From the NCBI GenBank assembly GCA_043814605.1, contig JBDRJV010000007.1:3354-67353 (forward strand): DNA of 64,000 nucleotides. The letters are read 5' to 3'. This document shows positions 36,889 through 46,725 of the stretch, piece by piece. The notes under the pieces are model-generated. The model worked only from the letters and a program-made list of their open reading frames with translations. It did no database searches and had not been told where the DNA came from. The DNA comes from Candidatus Omnitrophota bacterium. GTDB taxonomy: Bacteria; Omnitrophota; Gorgyraeia; B26-G9. Each line of letters starts with the position of its first letter. Within the stretch, counting starts at the first letter, position 1. The translations under genes were made by a program, and so were the position numbers.

Positions 36889-38190
36889 ATGGGCGAAACT
36901 TTTACAGGTGGAAAACATTTAGAAAATTATAAATATTTGAGTAAAGATGCCCGGATTACAGTGATGCCAATACCTGATCAAGTAATCATTCCTTTATCTC
37001 AACATACAGGATCAATAACTCAACCTGTTGTAAAAAAAGGGGATAGGCTAAAAGTAGGCACTGTTATTGGTACAACAGATAAGTTTATTTCCGCAATTGT
37101 GCATTCGAGTGTTTCCGGGACAGTAAGTAATATTGTTGATTATAATCATCCTGTTTTAGGGCAATCTCCCTCTGTAATTATTGATTCTGATGGAAAAGAT
37201 GAGCGGGAAAATACAATAATTCCGAGAAAAGTAGTGGATTCTTTAGATAAAGATAAATTACTAGAAATTATTAAACAAGCAGGTATTGTAGGTTTAGGCG
37301 GAGCAGCTTTTCCCACGCATGTGAAATTGAATCCGCCTAATCCAGTAGATACATTAGTGATTAATGGGGCTGAATGCGAGCCGTATTTAACCTGTGATTA
37401 TCGTTTAATGATTGAACATACTAATGATATTTTAAAAGGAATTTTACTGCTAAAAAAAATACTTTCTGTTTCTTTAGTGCTGATTGGTATTGAAGAAGAT
37501 AAATCAGAAGCAATGAGTATGATGCGGAATAAAATTGTTGAAAGGGGTTTAGCGGCATTAAAAGTTATCCCGCTTCAGGCAAAGTATCCGCAGGGAGCAG
37601 AAAAACAATTGATTAAGGCTACTTTAGACCGGGAAGTTCCCTCAGGCAAGCTTCCTTTTGATGTCGGCGTGGTTGTGTGTAATGTGGGAACAGCCTATGC
37701 AGTATACGAAGCCGTATATTTAAGTAAGCCACTTTATGAAAGAGTTATTACTGTAACCGGAAATCCGATTAAGAATCCCTCCAATCTAAGAGTAAGAATC
37801 GGGACTAGATTTTCTGAGATAATTTCTTATTGCGGTTTAAAGACTCAGGCCATAGGAAAAATAATTATGGGAGGGCCGATGATGGGCTTGGCCCAATTTA
37901 CAGACGATGTTCCAGTAATTAAAGGGACTTCGGGGATTCTTTTGCTAAGCTCAAAAGACAGTACAATGAGTGAACCAGGGCCATGTATTCGTTGTGGCCG
38001 CTGCGCTACTTTATGTCCTGTAGGGATGTTACCTTATGCGTTAAGCTTATGTGTCGAAGCAAAAAAAATAGATCAAACGCAAATTTATAATGCGCAAGAT
38101 TGCATGGAGTGCGGAATTTGCACTTATGTTTGCCCGGCAAAAAGAAAAATTTTAGAAAGTATCCGGTTGGTAAAGGCGGTTATGAAATGA
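36889..38190 (+). CDS. rnfC: Rnf/Nqr-type complex subunit C
   Basis: GIVGLGGAAFPT (NADH/FMN site), NGAECEPYLTCD, and two 4Fe-4S motifs CIRCGRCATLCP and CMECGICTYVCP. Confidence 0.85.
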   Translation: MGETFTGGKHLENYKYLSKDARITVMPIPDQVIIPLSQHTGSITQPVVKKGDRLKVGTVIGTTDKFISAIVHSSVSGTVSNIVDYNHPVLGQSPSVIIDSDGKDERENTIIPRKVVDSLDKDKLLEIIKQAGIVGLGGAAFPTHVKLNPPNPVDTLVINGAECEPYLTCDYRLMIEHTNDILKGILLLKKILSVSLVLIGIEEDKSEAMSMMRNKIVERGLAALKVIPLQAKYPQGAEKQLIKATLDREVPSGKLPFDVGVVVCNVGTAYAVYEAVYLSKPLYERVITVTGNPIKNPSNLRVRIGTRFSEIISYCGLKTQAIGKIIMGGPMMGLAQFTDDVPVIKGTSGILLLSSKDSTMSEPGPCIRCGRCATLCPVGMLPYALSLCVEAKKIDQTQIYNAQDCMECGICTYVCPAKRKILESIRLVKAVMK

Positions 38191-39170
38191 CATTAAATTT
38201 TAAAAATAATATTATTTTGAGCAGTTCCCCTCACTTACGGAGTCCGGAAACAACATCTAAAATTATGTGGACTGTATTCTTTTGTTTGATTCCTTCAGGG
38301 CTTGTCAGTATCTATGTTTTTGGTATTTCAACCTTGTGGATTATGCTCAGCGCAGTACTGGGGGCAATGCTCAGTGAATGGATATGTTCACAAATACAAA
38401 AAAAACCCGCTACACTTAGTAACGGAAGTGCGGTTTTAACGGGATTATTATTAGCTTATAATCTGCCGCCGGGCTCTCCTTTGTGGATGGCTTTTTTAGG
38501 ATCATGTGTTGCCATAATTTTGGGAAAAGTTGTTTTTGGCGGTTTAGGTTTCAATATTTTTAATCCTGCTTTAATCGGCCGCGTATTTTTAATGGCGAGC
38601 TTTCCGGTATTAATGACACGCTGGCCAGCACCTTTTCAGTTAGACGCTGTAACTGCTCCTACGCCATTAGCTATACTTAAAGATAGTTTTAGTCAAGCCC
38701 CCATTCTAGATAAAGCAGAAATTATTCATTACTCAATACGAGATTTAATCCTCGGGTTTAGGGGCGGATGCATAGGAGAAGCATGTATTTTAGCTTTAGT
38801 GATTGGCGCAGCTTTTTTAATGCTTAAAGGATATATTTCCTGGCATATCCCAGGTAGTTTTATCGGCACGGTTGCTGTTTTTACCTGGATTTTTGCGGGA
38901 GAAAGTTTATTTACCGGTAATTTTTTACTGCATATTCTCTCCGGCGGACTTGTTCTCGGAGCTTTCTATATGGCCACGGATTATGTTACCGGGCCCATAA
39001 CTGTTTATGGAAAAGTACTTTTTGGTATTGGTTGTGGAATTATTACCTGTGTAATCCGGCTGTGGGGAGGATATCCGGAAGGAGTATCTTATTCAATTTT
39101 ATTAATGAATATTCTAACTCCTTTGATGGATAAATTTATCCGGCCGCGAAGATTGGGAGAGAAAAAGTGA
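38187..39170 (+). CDS. rnfD: Rnf/Nqr-type complex subunit D (covalent-FMN membrane subunit)
   Basis: SSPHLRS near the N-terminus. SGGLVLGAFYMATDYVTGP contains the FMN-attachment Thr. Start ATG overlaps the rnfC stop as ATGA. Confidence 0.85.
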   Translation: MTLNFKNNIILSSSPHLRSPETTSKIMWTVFFCLIPSGLVSIYVFGISTLWIMLSAVLGAMLSEWICSQIQKKPATLSNGSAVLTGLLLAYNLPPGSPLWMAFLGSCVAIILGKVVFGGLGFNIFNPALIGRVFLMASFPVLMTRWPAPFQLDAVTAPTPLAILKDSFSQAPILDKAEIIHYSIRDLILGFRGGCIGEACILALVIGAAFLMLKGYISWHIPGSFIGTVAVFTWIFAGESLFTGNFLLHILSGGLVLGAFYMATDYVTGPITVYGKVLFGIGCGIITCVIRLWGGYPEGVSYSILLMNILTPLMDKFIRPRRLGEKK

Positions 39171-39961
39171 ACGCAGTAATTCTGGCGCTATTATCACTAT
39201 CTGGATTAGGTTTTTGTTTTGGATTGTTATTAGCTTGGGCATCAAAAAAATTTCAGCTAAAAGTTGATCCGCGTATTATTGAGATTAATGATTTATTGCC
39301 GCAAGCAAATTGTGGTGCTTGTGGGTTGGCGGGTTGTACAAACTTTGCGGAAGCATTGGTTGAGGAAAAAGTAGAATTGAATGCTTGTGTTGTTTGTAGT
39401 TCTGATAACAAAAAGCAAATTGCACATGTACTGGGGCTGGATTCAGAAGGGGCTAAACTTGCGGCTAGATTAGCTGTGGTCAGTTGTGGCGGTGGCGTTA
39501 ATTGCAAAGATAAGTTTGAATACAGAGGTTTAAAAGACTGCCGTGTTGCCGTATTAACTATGCAAGGGAATAAGCAATGTAGATTTGCTTGTGTTGGCCA
39601 GGGCAGCTGCGTGGATGTTTGTCCCTTTAATGCAATTAAAATGGCTGATACCGGATTGCCGATAATTGATCAAGCGGCGTGTCGAGGTTGCCAGAAATGT
39701 GTGGCGATTTGCCCGCGTCAGCTAATTTTTATGATTGATCGGGAAAAGAAAATTTATATAAACTGCAATTCCCATGATAAAGGATTTGTGGTTACAAAAA
39801 ATTGTAAAGTCGGGTGTATTGGATGCGGAAAATGTGTAAAAACGTGTCCGACAAAAGCGATAAAGCTGGTGGATAATCTCGCGGTTATTGATTATAAAAA
39901 ATGCATAAATTGTACGAAGTGTGTAAAGGAGTGCCCCACAAAAACAATTGCAATTTTATGA
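39167..39961 (+). CDS. rnfB: Rnf subunit B (membrane-anchored polyferredoxin)
   Basis: N-terminal TM helix, the CGACGLAGC cluster, and three or more further 4Fe-4S Cx2Cx2Cx3CP motifs. GTG start with a GGAGAG RBS. Confidence 0.8.
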   Translation: MNAVILALLSLSGLGFCFGLLLAWASKKFQLKVDPRIIEINDLLPQANCGACGLAGCTNFAEALVEEKVELNACVVCSSDNKKQIAHVLGLDSEGAKLAARLAVVSCGGGVNCKDKFEYRGLKDCRVAVLTMQGNKQCRFACVGQGSCVDVCPFNAIKMADTGLPIIDQAACRGCQKCVAICPRQLIFMIDREKKIYINCNSHDKGFVVTKNCKVGCIGCGKCVKTCPTKAIKLVDNLAVIDYKKCINCTKCVKECPTKTIAIL

Positions 39962-41280
39962 ATGCCAGAAAAACATCTCATTTCCCAAAAAAAGTTGCGG
40001 CAATTATAAAAAGGGTTAATTTCAAATCTGGATTATCTTTCCTGTTAGATAATGATGAGTTGATTAAAATCGAAAAAACTCAAGCAGATCATATTTTCGG
40101 AATTGCGGTTGATTTAGGCACGACATCAATTTGTGTTAGCTTGTGTAATTTAGAAAACAAACAGGAGCTAGCCCAAGTTATCGTGAGAAATAAACAATAT
40201 ATTTACGCACAAGATATCCAGGATTTTTCGCAAACGGCGGATAAGCTGCAGCATAATCAGCAATCATTATCTCGGGAACTTATTTACTCTGTAAATAAAG
40301 CAATTAAAGATTGCCTGCGAAAATCAGGCGTAGAAGAAAATAGAATTTTTACAGCGATAGTGGCCGGCAATCCGGTAATGATCAATTTATTGTTACAGAC
40401 TGCAATAAAGACGAACCTGCTTAAAAAACAAAAAAATCAATATCAGGAAAGCTATTTATTTAAGGCTGCCATGCTCGGGCTAAATATTAATCCTCAGGCA
40501 AATATTAGATTTTTGCCAGGCATAGATTCAGTGATTGGTTCGGATACGGTTTCCGCTATTTTAAAACTAGGAATGTTTAAAACTAAAGACCAGATTCTTT
40601 GCATTGATGTGGGGATAAACAGTAAAATTATTTTGGGTAATAATAAGAAAATTACTGTAGCTTGTTCAAAGAGTAGTTCTTCTTTTGAAGGCCACTTGCT
40701 AAAATGCGGCATGATTGCTAAACCTGGGGCGATTGAATGGGTAAGAATAAATAAAGGAGAAATTAAAATATTAACCGTGGGGCATATCCGGCCGGTCGGC
40801 ATTAGCGGAAGCGGGGTTATTGATACGATCAGTGAACTGTTGAAAAATAAAATTATTAATTCTCAAGGACAGATGAAATCTGATTCTTTCGTTGTTTATC
40901 AGGATAAAAGTTCCTGCGTGGAATTAACCGCTGATGATATTCGAAAGATTCAAGTGAGTAAGGCGATAATTTTTGCGGGAATAAAAATATTAATGAAAAA
41001 TTTAAATGTGGGGTTTGATCAGATAAAGAAAGTATTTATTTGCGGGGAATTGGGCAGTTATTTGAATACTGAGCATATTGTTCTCCTGGGAATGGTACCG
41101 GTTGAATTAAAAAATAAAATCAATTTTGGCGGTAATGCCGCATTTTTAGGGGCAAAAATGGTATTGCTGAATAAAAAATATTTAAACCAAATGAATAAAA
41201 TCCAAAAATTAATTAAACATATTGATTTAAAGCAAGATCAGGAATTTTTAGGTTTGTATAAAAGAGCATTAAATTTTTAG
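39958..41280 (+). CDS. ASKHA-superfamily ATPase (DUF4445 / RACo C-terminal-domain-like), lacking a ferredoxin domain
   Basis: GIAVDLGTTSI phosphate-1 motif and an ASKHA-like second half (GISGSGVID). Translationally coupled to rnfB through an ATGA overlap. I reject the 19-aa N-terminal extension of the listed ORF. Confidence 0.5.
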   Translation: MNARKTSHFPKKVAAIIKRVNFKSGLSFLLDNDELIKIEKTQADHIFGIAVDLGTTSICVSLCNLENKQELAQVIVRNKQYIYAQDIQDFSQTADKLQHNQQSLSRELIYSVNKAIKDCLRKSGVEENRIFTAIVAGNPVMINLLLQTAIKTNLLKKQKNQYQESYLFKAAMLGLNINPQANIRFLPGIDSVIGSDTVSAILKLGMFKTKDQILCIDVGINSKIILGNNKKITVACSKSSSSFEGHLLKCGMIAKPGAIEWVRINKGEIKILTVGHIRPVGISGSGVIDTISELLKNKIINSQGQMKSDSFVVYQDKSSCVELTADDIRKIQVSKAIIFAGIKILMKNLNVGFDQIKKVFICGELGSYLNTEHIVLLGMVPVELKNKINFGGNAAFLGAKMVLLNKKYLNQMNKIQKLIKHIDLKQDQEFLGLYKRALNF

Positions 41281-41289
41281 GATAATAAG

Positions 41290-42339
41290 ATGAAGTTGAA
41301 AAAGGCAATTGTCGCAATGAGTGGGGGAATAGATTCATCTTTTTGTGTTCATTTTTTGCAAAAAGCTGGTTATCAAGTCAGTGGATTGACAATGCGGCTG
41401 AGTAATGATTCAGAAACAATCACCCGGGCAAAAAAAATGGCTGAAGTTTTGGGGATTAAACATCAGATTGTAGACATTAGAGATGTTTTTAAAAAGGCAA
41501 TCATGGATTATTTTGCTTATGAGTATACGCAGGCGAGAACACCTAATCCTTGCTTAAGGTGTAATAAATTTATAAAATTTGGCATTCTTATGCAGATTGC
41601 TAAAAAGGCGAAATCTTTTTTTGCTACAGGGCACTATGCGCGTGTATTACGGGATAGGGAAAAAAATATTTATGAATTGAGAAAAGGCATCGATGCAAAA
41701 AAAGATCAGTCCTATGTTTTATACGCTTTAAAACAAGACCATTTATCCAGATTATTATTGCCCCTAGGGGATTTTACCAAAGAGCAAGTTTACCGCGAGA
41801 TTAAAAAATTAAAGCTTCCTTTAAGACCAGGAAAGGAAAGCCAGGATATTTGTTTTATTCCGGATCGGGATTATGCGGGATTTATTAAAAAACATATTCC
41901 AAATTATGTGCCGCATGCGGGTAATATTGTTACTCCAGAGGGGGAAGTTTTAGGTCGGCATAAAGGGATAATTCATTATACAATAGGACAAAGAAAAGGA
42001 CTGGGCATTGCCCATAATGAACCTTTATTTGTTTGTGGTTTTGATGTTAAAAAAAATCAAGTAGTTGTTACCACAAATAAGAATTTAGGCGCCAGTACAT
42101 TTTTAGTCCGGGAAGTATCTTTTATGCACCGAAAATATCTGCGGGATGATTTTATCGTGCGTGTTAAAATTCGGTATCATCATATTCCTCAAACAGCCAG
42201 GGTTAAAAGAATTGGTTCAAAAATTGTACAGGTAAAATTTAAGAATTTACAACGGGCAATAACTCCGGGACAAGGGGCTGTATTTTATAAAAACGATTTA
42301 GTCTTAGGCGGGGGAGTAATTGCTCAAGTTATAAGATAA
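41290..42339 (+). CDS. mnmA: tRNA-specific 2-thiouridylase
   Basis: PP-loop AMSGGIDSS, catalytic Cys region, and a C-terminal beta-barrel. Confidence 0.9.
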   Translation: MKLKKAIVAMSGGIDSSFCVHFLQKAGYQVSGLTMRLSNDSETITRAKKMAEVLGIKHQIVDIRDVFKKAIMDYFAYEYTQARTPNPCLRCNKFIKFGILMQIAKKAKSFFATGHYARVLRDREKNIYELRKGIDAKKDQSYVLYALKQDHLSRLLLPLGDFTKEQVYREIKKLKLPLRPGKESQDICFIPDRDYAGFIKKHIPNYVPHAGNIVTPEGEVLGRHKGIIHYTIGQRKGLGIAHNEPLFVCGFDVKKNQVVVTTNKNLGASTFLVREVSFMHRKYLRDDFIVRVKIRYHHIPQTARVKRIGSKIVQVKFKNLQRAITPGQGAVFYKNDLVLGGGVIAQVIR

Positions 42340-42350
42340 TTTTCTTGAGC

Positions 42351-42599
42351 TTAATCTTTTTCATTTATTTCTTTATCTGATTCAAGGTAAATAATATTTT
42401 TAGGTAAAGGTTTAGCTTTTCCTTTTGGCTGCCAGTGTAAAAGCTCAATTTTTTGTTTATCCTTATTCCAGACAATTTTAAAATGTCCGCCGTTAGGCAG
42501 GGTGCATTCGTATTCATGCCCACTATAAATAAATCCGAATATTAAGATAGCAATTATTAAAAGTGCGGCAAAGAATTTAAAGAAGGTATTTAATCCCAT
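42351..42599 (-). CDS. Small membrane-anchored hypothetical protein
   Basis: 82-aa ORF with one N-terminal TM helix. Confidence 0.3.
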   Translation of the reverse strand: MGLNTFFKFFAALLIIAILIFGFIYSGHEYECTLPNGGHFKIVWNKDKQKIELLHWQPKGKAKPLPKNIIYLESDKEINEKD

Positions 42600-42715
42600 A
42601 ATTTTTTTTATGAATAGATTTTTTGGCCGCTGGTTTAAACATAAGAAATTTTTCTTTTACTTTATTTTCAACATTTACTTTTCTTTTCTGTTTACAGCTT
42701 CAAGGCGCAGACGAA

Positions 42716-42801
42716 TGGTACCGAAGGTGGGATTCGAACCCACACGAGCGTAAACTCAATGGTTTTTGAGACCACCGCGTATGCCATTCCGCCACTTCGG
42801 C
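42716..42801 (-). tRNA. tRNA-Leu (anticodon CAA), class II with a long variable arm
   Basis: My reverse complement folds as a cloverleaf: acceptor GCCGAAG/CTTCGGT-A-CCA, T-arm GTGGGTTCGAATCCCAC, anticodon loop CTCAAAA, and a 17-nt variable arm. CCA is encoded. Confidence 0.8.
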
Positions 42802-42821
42802 TTAAGTATTATTTTTAAAAA

Positions 42822-43355
42822 TTAAAAAATTAATGGTATTTGTTTGTACTGCTTTATTTTAGCTCTGGGCGGACCTAAAATAATAGACCATATTATACCT
42901 TCTTTTATATTACTTTTCAAGCTGAGGGAGTCAGTTTTTTTTACAATTGGTTTTTCTTCCTTTAACTTAGATGGTTCCGGAAGTACAAAATCTGTTTTTT
43001 TTGTTTGAATTTGTTCTGTTTTTGCTTTTGTTAGTGAAATTTTTTTTAAGCTTTTTTGCTTTAAATCATTGAACTTTTTCCGGCGTACAGCCAGGCGTTC
43101 TTCATAACTTTGATCAGATTGAACATCTTTTAAAAAATCTCCCTCACGCTGGGGCAGATCTTTTATTTGATAATCCTGGACAAATTGCTCCAAACCAAAA
43201 TCTCCTGCTGCTAAGTTGCTTTTTGTTAAGGCATCAGGCACATAAGGTTTAGGAGGTTTCTTTATGGTATTGAATTTTTCTTGTTTTTTTAAATTAGAAA
43301 CAACCCAAATTACCATGATCAGTAAATAAAAAATTAATTTAATTAATCCTTCCAT
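42822..43355 (-). CDS. Hypothetical membrane-anchored, charged protein
   Basis: 177-aa ORF with an N-terminal TM helix followed by a K/E-rich region. It is the last gene of the floA operon. Confidence 0.4.
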   Translation of the reverse strand: MEGLIKLIFYLLIMVIWVVSNLKKQEKFNTIKKPPKPYVPDALTKSNLAAGDFGLEQFVQDYQIKDLPQREGDFLKDVQSDQSYEERLAVRRKKFNDLKQKSLKKISLTKAKTEQIQTKKTDFVLPEPSKLKEEKPIVKKTDSLSLKSNIKEGIIWSIILGPPRAKIKQYKQIPLIF

Positions 43356-43386
43356 TATTTTCCTCTTGAAATATTAACCATTTTTT

Positions 43387-44367
43387 TTACTTATCATTTT
43401 CCGGGTTATGGCCTTCACCGCCGATTTTATCCCGCATTTTTGTATCCGCTTGTATATTCTTAATATTATAATAATCCATTATGCCTAATTTACCTTCCCG
43501 AAAAGCTTGGGCAATAGCTTTCGGTACTTCGGATTCAGCTTCCACAACCCGCGCTCTCATTTCTTGCGTTTTTGCACTCATTTCCTGTTCCTGAGCTACA
43601 GCCATAGCACGCCTAGTTTCCGCACGGGCTTGGGCAACTTTGAGGTCCGCTTCTGCCTGGTCAATTTGTAATTTTGCGCCGACATTCCTTCCGACATCCA
43701 CATCGGCAATATCAATGGAAAGAATTTCAAAAGCTGTTCCAGCATCCAAGCCGCGTTCAAGCACATTTTTAGAAATTTTATCCGGATTCTCTAATACACC
43801 TTTATAAGTGTCTGCGGAGCCGATTGTTGTCACAATGCCTTCTCCTACACGAGCAATAATCGTATCTTCAGTTGCTCCGCCTACAAGTCTTTCAATGTTC
43901 GCCCGCACGGTAACCAGAGCACGCACTCTTACTTCAATACCGTCTTTGGCTACAGCAGAAAGCAGACCCTGTTTGGGAGCATCAATCACTTTTGGGTTAA
44001 CAGATGTTTTCACTGCTTCTAATACATTGCGTCCGGCTAAGTCAATGGCACAGGCTTTTTCAAATTTTAAATCTAAATTCGCTTTATCCGCTGAAATTAA
44101 AGCTTTAACCACACGGATTACATCTCCGCCGGCTAAATAATGTGCTTCCAGAGCATCAGAGTTAACGCTTAAACCAGCTTTATGCACCATAATAATTGAT
44201 GGGACAATAACAAATGGATCAACCTTTCTTAACCGCATCCCCAATAAACTAAATAAAGAAATTTTAACACCAGATGCAATTGCCGATACCCAAAGCCTTA
44301 CCGGAATAAAGTACGCAAATAAAAATAAAAATCCGACAAAAAATATTATCACTAAAAACATTGCCAT
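43387..44367 (-). CDS. floA: Flotillin-like protein FloA (UPF0365/YqfA family, SPFH domain)
   Basis: [44 protein letters not shown] and NPKVI are collinear with B. subtilis YqfA. Confidence 0.85.
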   Translation of the reverse strand: MAMFLVIIFFVGFLFLFAYFIPVRLWVSAIASGVKISLFSLLGMRLRKVDPFVIVPSIIMVHKAGLSVNSDALEAHYLAGGDVIRVVKALISADKANLDLKFEKACAIDLAGRNVLEAVKTSVNPKVIDAPKQGLLSAVAKDGIEVRVRALVTVRANIERLVGGATEDTIIARVGEGIVTTIGSADTYKGVLENPDKISKNVLERGLDAGTAFEILSIDIADVDVGRNVGAKLQIDQAEADLKVAQARAETRRAMAVAQEQEMSAKTQEMRARVVEAESEVPKAIAQAFREGKLGIMDYYNIKNIQADTKMRDKIGGEGHNPENDK

Positions 44368-44537
44368 AACAGCCTCCTTTAAATGAGCACATCACTTAGG
44401 GAACGAAGTGACCTAAGTAATAAGTGCGAATTTACCCCTTTGTTTAGATTTGCGCAAGCAAATCTGAATGGGGTCAATTTAATTAACAACCAATAGTAAT
44501 CAAATGTAAATTTTATCGCAGTTCAGTTAAATAATTT

Positions 44538-45023
44538 TTAGACTTTATCCGTTTTTTTTACAACAATTTTGTTGCCTTCAACATCGTAGACAATTATTTC
44601 CTGATCTTTTTCAATAAATTCACCATCCGTAACAACATCGTAGCGTTTATTTTCTATAATTATGGTGCCGCTGGGGCGGAGCATAGTTAAGGCAATACCT
44701 TTTTTATTGATCAGTTCCTTAAATTCAGGTTGTGCTACTTGATAACCCTGAGATTTATTTTGAATCAAAGAAAGCCGGGTTTTTTGCCAGAACGCGGTTT
44801 TAGGTAAAATTTTAAAAAAAATAACCGTGAGAATAATACTGGTTAAGCTGATTAAAATTCCGGCAAACGTGCTGAGAGATTCAAATGCAGTATAGCATGC
44901 CGCAACCAAAGATATTGCTCCTAAAATACCCGCGAACCCAATTCCCGGGATAAGCACTACTTCAATAAAAATCAAAACAAAACCAATAATAAAAAGTGAG
45001 GTAATTACAAACAATGTTGACAT
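44538..45023 (-). CDS. NfeD-like membrane protein, short form (C-terminal OB-fold)
   Basis: N-terminal TM helices plus a C-terminal beta-rich NfeD-type domain. Adjacent to floA. Confidence 0.6.
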   Translation of the reverse strand: MSTLFVITSLFIIGFVLIFIEVVLIPGIGFAGILGAISLVAACYTAFESLSTFAGILISLTSIILTVIFFKILPKTAFWQKTRLSLIQNKSQGYQVAQPEFKELINKKGIALTMLRPSGTIIIENKRYDVVTDGEFIEKDQEIIVYDVEGNKIVVKKTDKV

Positions 45024-46514
45024 TTAAAGCTCCCTTATTTTTTCTACAAAAATTTTATTTCCAGATATCCTGACGATTTTTATTTTTTCACCTTTGGGGA
45101 TAAAATCACCCTGAGTTGTTACATCAATGGAAATATTATTAAATTGGGCCCGGCCGGAGGGGCGTAAAATAGATTGAGCTGTGCCTATTGCATCAATATT
45201 GATATTTTCTGGGATTGATTTAACCTCAAATCCTAAATTTTTCTCTTCCCGATTACTCAGAAGGATATGTTTCCAAACTTTGCTTTGAGGGAAAAATCTG
45301 AATAATAATATGAAAAAAATAAATAAAGCAATTAAAGTAAATCCTAAAGTGCTTAACGCGCTGCCCAGTTGAAGTGAAGGAAAAGTAAGCGGGTATTTTA
45401 TTAAAGATAGAGTTAACCCGCTAATGATCAGGATTATTCCGGTGATGCCAAAAACACCGAATCCGGGAATGATGAAAAGTTCAATGAATAATAAAATTAC
45501 ACCGATTACCAGAATGAGAATATCCAGCCAGCTGGCTAACCCTACTAAATAATGCCCCCAAAAAAATAAAATGATAAAAATCACTCCCAGTGTACCGCTA
45601 ATTCCCCAACCGGGGATTTTTAATTCAAAAATAAGGCCGAGAAAACCCAGACTTAATAACAGAGAACTAACAATAGGATGAGTTAAAAACCGTACTAGAT
45701 TTTCAGACCAGGTCGGCTGAGGCCGAAAAATATCTAAATTTTTTAAGACTGGGTTTATTGTTTGCTTGAGATATTCTATAAAATCTTTTTCAGAATCAAC
45801 AATTAAAACAGCCAGTTTTAAATCAAAAGCTTCCTGGGCTGTGAGATTCAGTAATTTTTCTTTTTTATTAATAATTTTTTCATCTTTGTTTTTTAATTTT
45901 AATTCACTTTTTTTTGCAGTTAATTCATCACGGGTTAAGATCAGAAATCCGTCTTTTTCAAGAATCTTAATTAATTCAACATCTTTATCAACCATAGCTA
46001 CCGCTAAAGCAGAATTGTGATTACTCGCTTCTGCAGTCGCCTTGAATTTAGCCCTTAATGCAGAAATAGTTTTTTCATCAACACTCTCAGCCCCGGGGGT
46101 TAGTCCCAGAATCCGTGGTTCTGCCGAACCAATCGAAGCCCCTTTTTTCATAATAATATTTTTGCAGGATAGAGCAATGAGTGCTCCGGCAGACCAGGCA
46201 GAATTTGTGATATAAGCAAACGTGGGTAGAGGAGAAATTTTCTGAATGCTGGTGACAATGTCATTAGCAGCATCAACCCGTCCGCCGAAAGTATCAATTT
46301 CCAGCACAATTGCCAAAGCTTTTTTTTCTTGTGCCTCTTGAACACATTTTACAATAAAAGAAGATAAACCTAAGTCAATTGTTCCTTTTACCGGGATAAA
46401 GTAAACGCTATCAGAATTAATTTGTGTAGGTTCATTACATAAAGCAGGAATAGATAATAGTATAATAAAATTAGTAATAAGGATTAATTTGAGTATTAAT
46501 TTTGAATTTTCCAC
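45024..46514 (-). CDS. NfeD-like membrane-bound ClpP-class serine protease, long form (YqeZ-like)
   Basis: ClpP/crotonase-like region (AIVLEIDTFGGRVDAAN...SAWSAGALIA), multi-TM middle and C-terminal OB domain. Confidence 0.7.
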   Translation of the reverse strand: MENSKLILKLILITNFIILLSIPALCNEPTQINSDSVYFIPVKGTIDLGLSSFIVKCVQEAQEKKALAIVLEIDTFGGRVDAANDIVTSIQKISPLPTFAYITNSAWSAGALIALSCKNIIMKKGASIGSAEPRILGLTPGAESVDEKTISALRAKFKATAEASNHNSALAVAMVDKDVELIKILEKDGFLILTRDELTAKKSELKLKNKDEKIINKKEKLLNLTAQEAFDLKLAVLIVDSEKDFIEYLKQTINPVLKNLDIFRPQPTWSENLVRFLTHPIVSSLLLSLGFLGLIFELKIPGWGISGTLGVIFIILFFWGHYLVGLASWLDILILVIGVILLFIELFIIPGFGVFGITGIILIISGLTLSLIKYPLTFPSLQLGSALSTLGFTLIALFIFFILLFRFFPQSKVWKHILLSNREEKNLGFEVKSIPENINIDAIGTAQSILRPSGRAQFNNISIDVTTQGDFIPKGEKIKIVRISGNKIFVEKIREL

Positions 46515-46569
46515 ATGTATTACTCCGTTTAATCTTATAGGTGTGCCCTGAACCCGAACATAGTGAGTG

Positions 46570-46591
46570 GTTCAGGGTGGAGCTGGGGGGA
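46570..46591 (-). repeat. Direct repeat of the tRNA-Ala 3' end (CGAGTCCCCCCAGCTCCACC), 135 nt downstream of the tRNA
   Basis: 20/20 identity to the T-arm and acceptor 3' strand of the tRNA at 46726-46801. It is followed by a 9-bp perfect hairpin (46545-46576 region). Confidence 0.6.
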
Positions 46592-46725
46592 CTCGCCTAC
46601 TACGTTCGCAACATCGTGTTGCTCACTGCGCAGGCCCACCCGGCTCACTGTTGCTCACAGTCCTGCTCGCTTTTCCTCCTAAGGGTCGGCGTTCGCCTTG
46701 CTTCGAATCCCCAGAGAGAAATTTT

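Noticed and set aside
39901-39957. 19-aa N-terminal extension of the ASKHA ORF (MHKLYEVCKGVPHKNNCNF)
   Set aside because: It overlaps the rnfB coding frame. The ATG at 39958 gives a clean ATGA stop-start coupling.
46591-46725. Possible SRP (4.5S) RNA, because of aggaggaaaagcgagcagg on the minus strand
   Set aside because: The resemblance to the GGAAGGAAGCAGC domain-IV motif is weak and there is no convincing helix 8 with a GNRA loop. I kept it only as part of the tRNA-Ala insertion finding.
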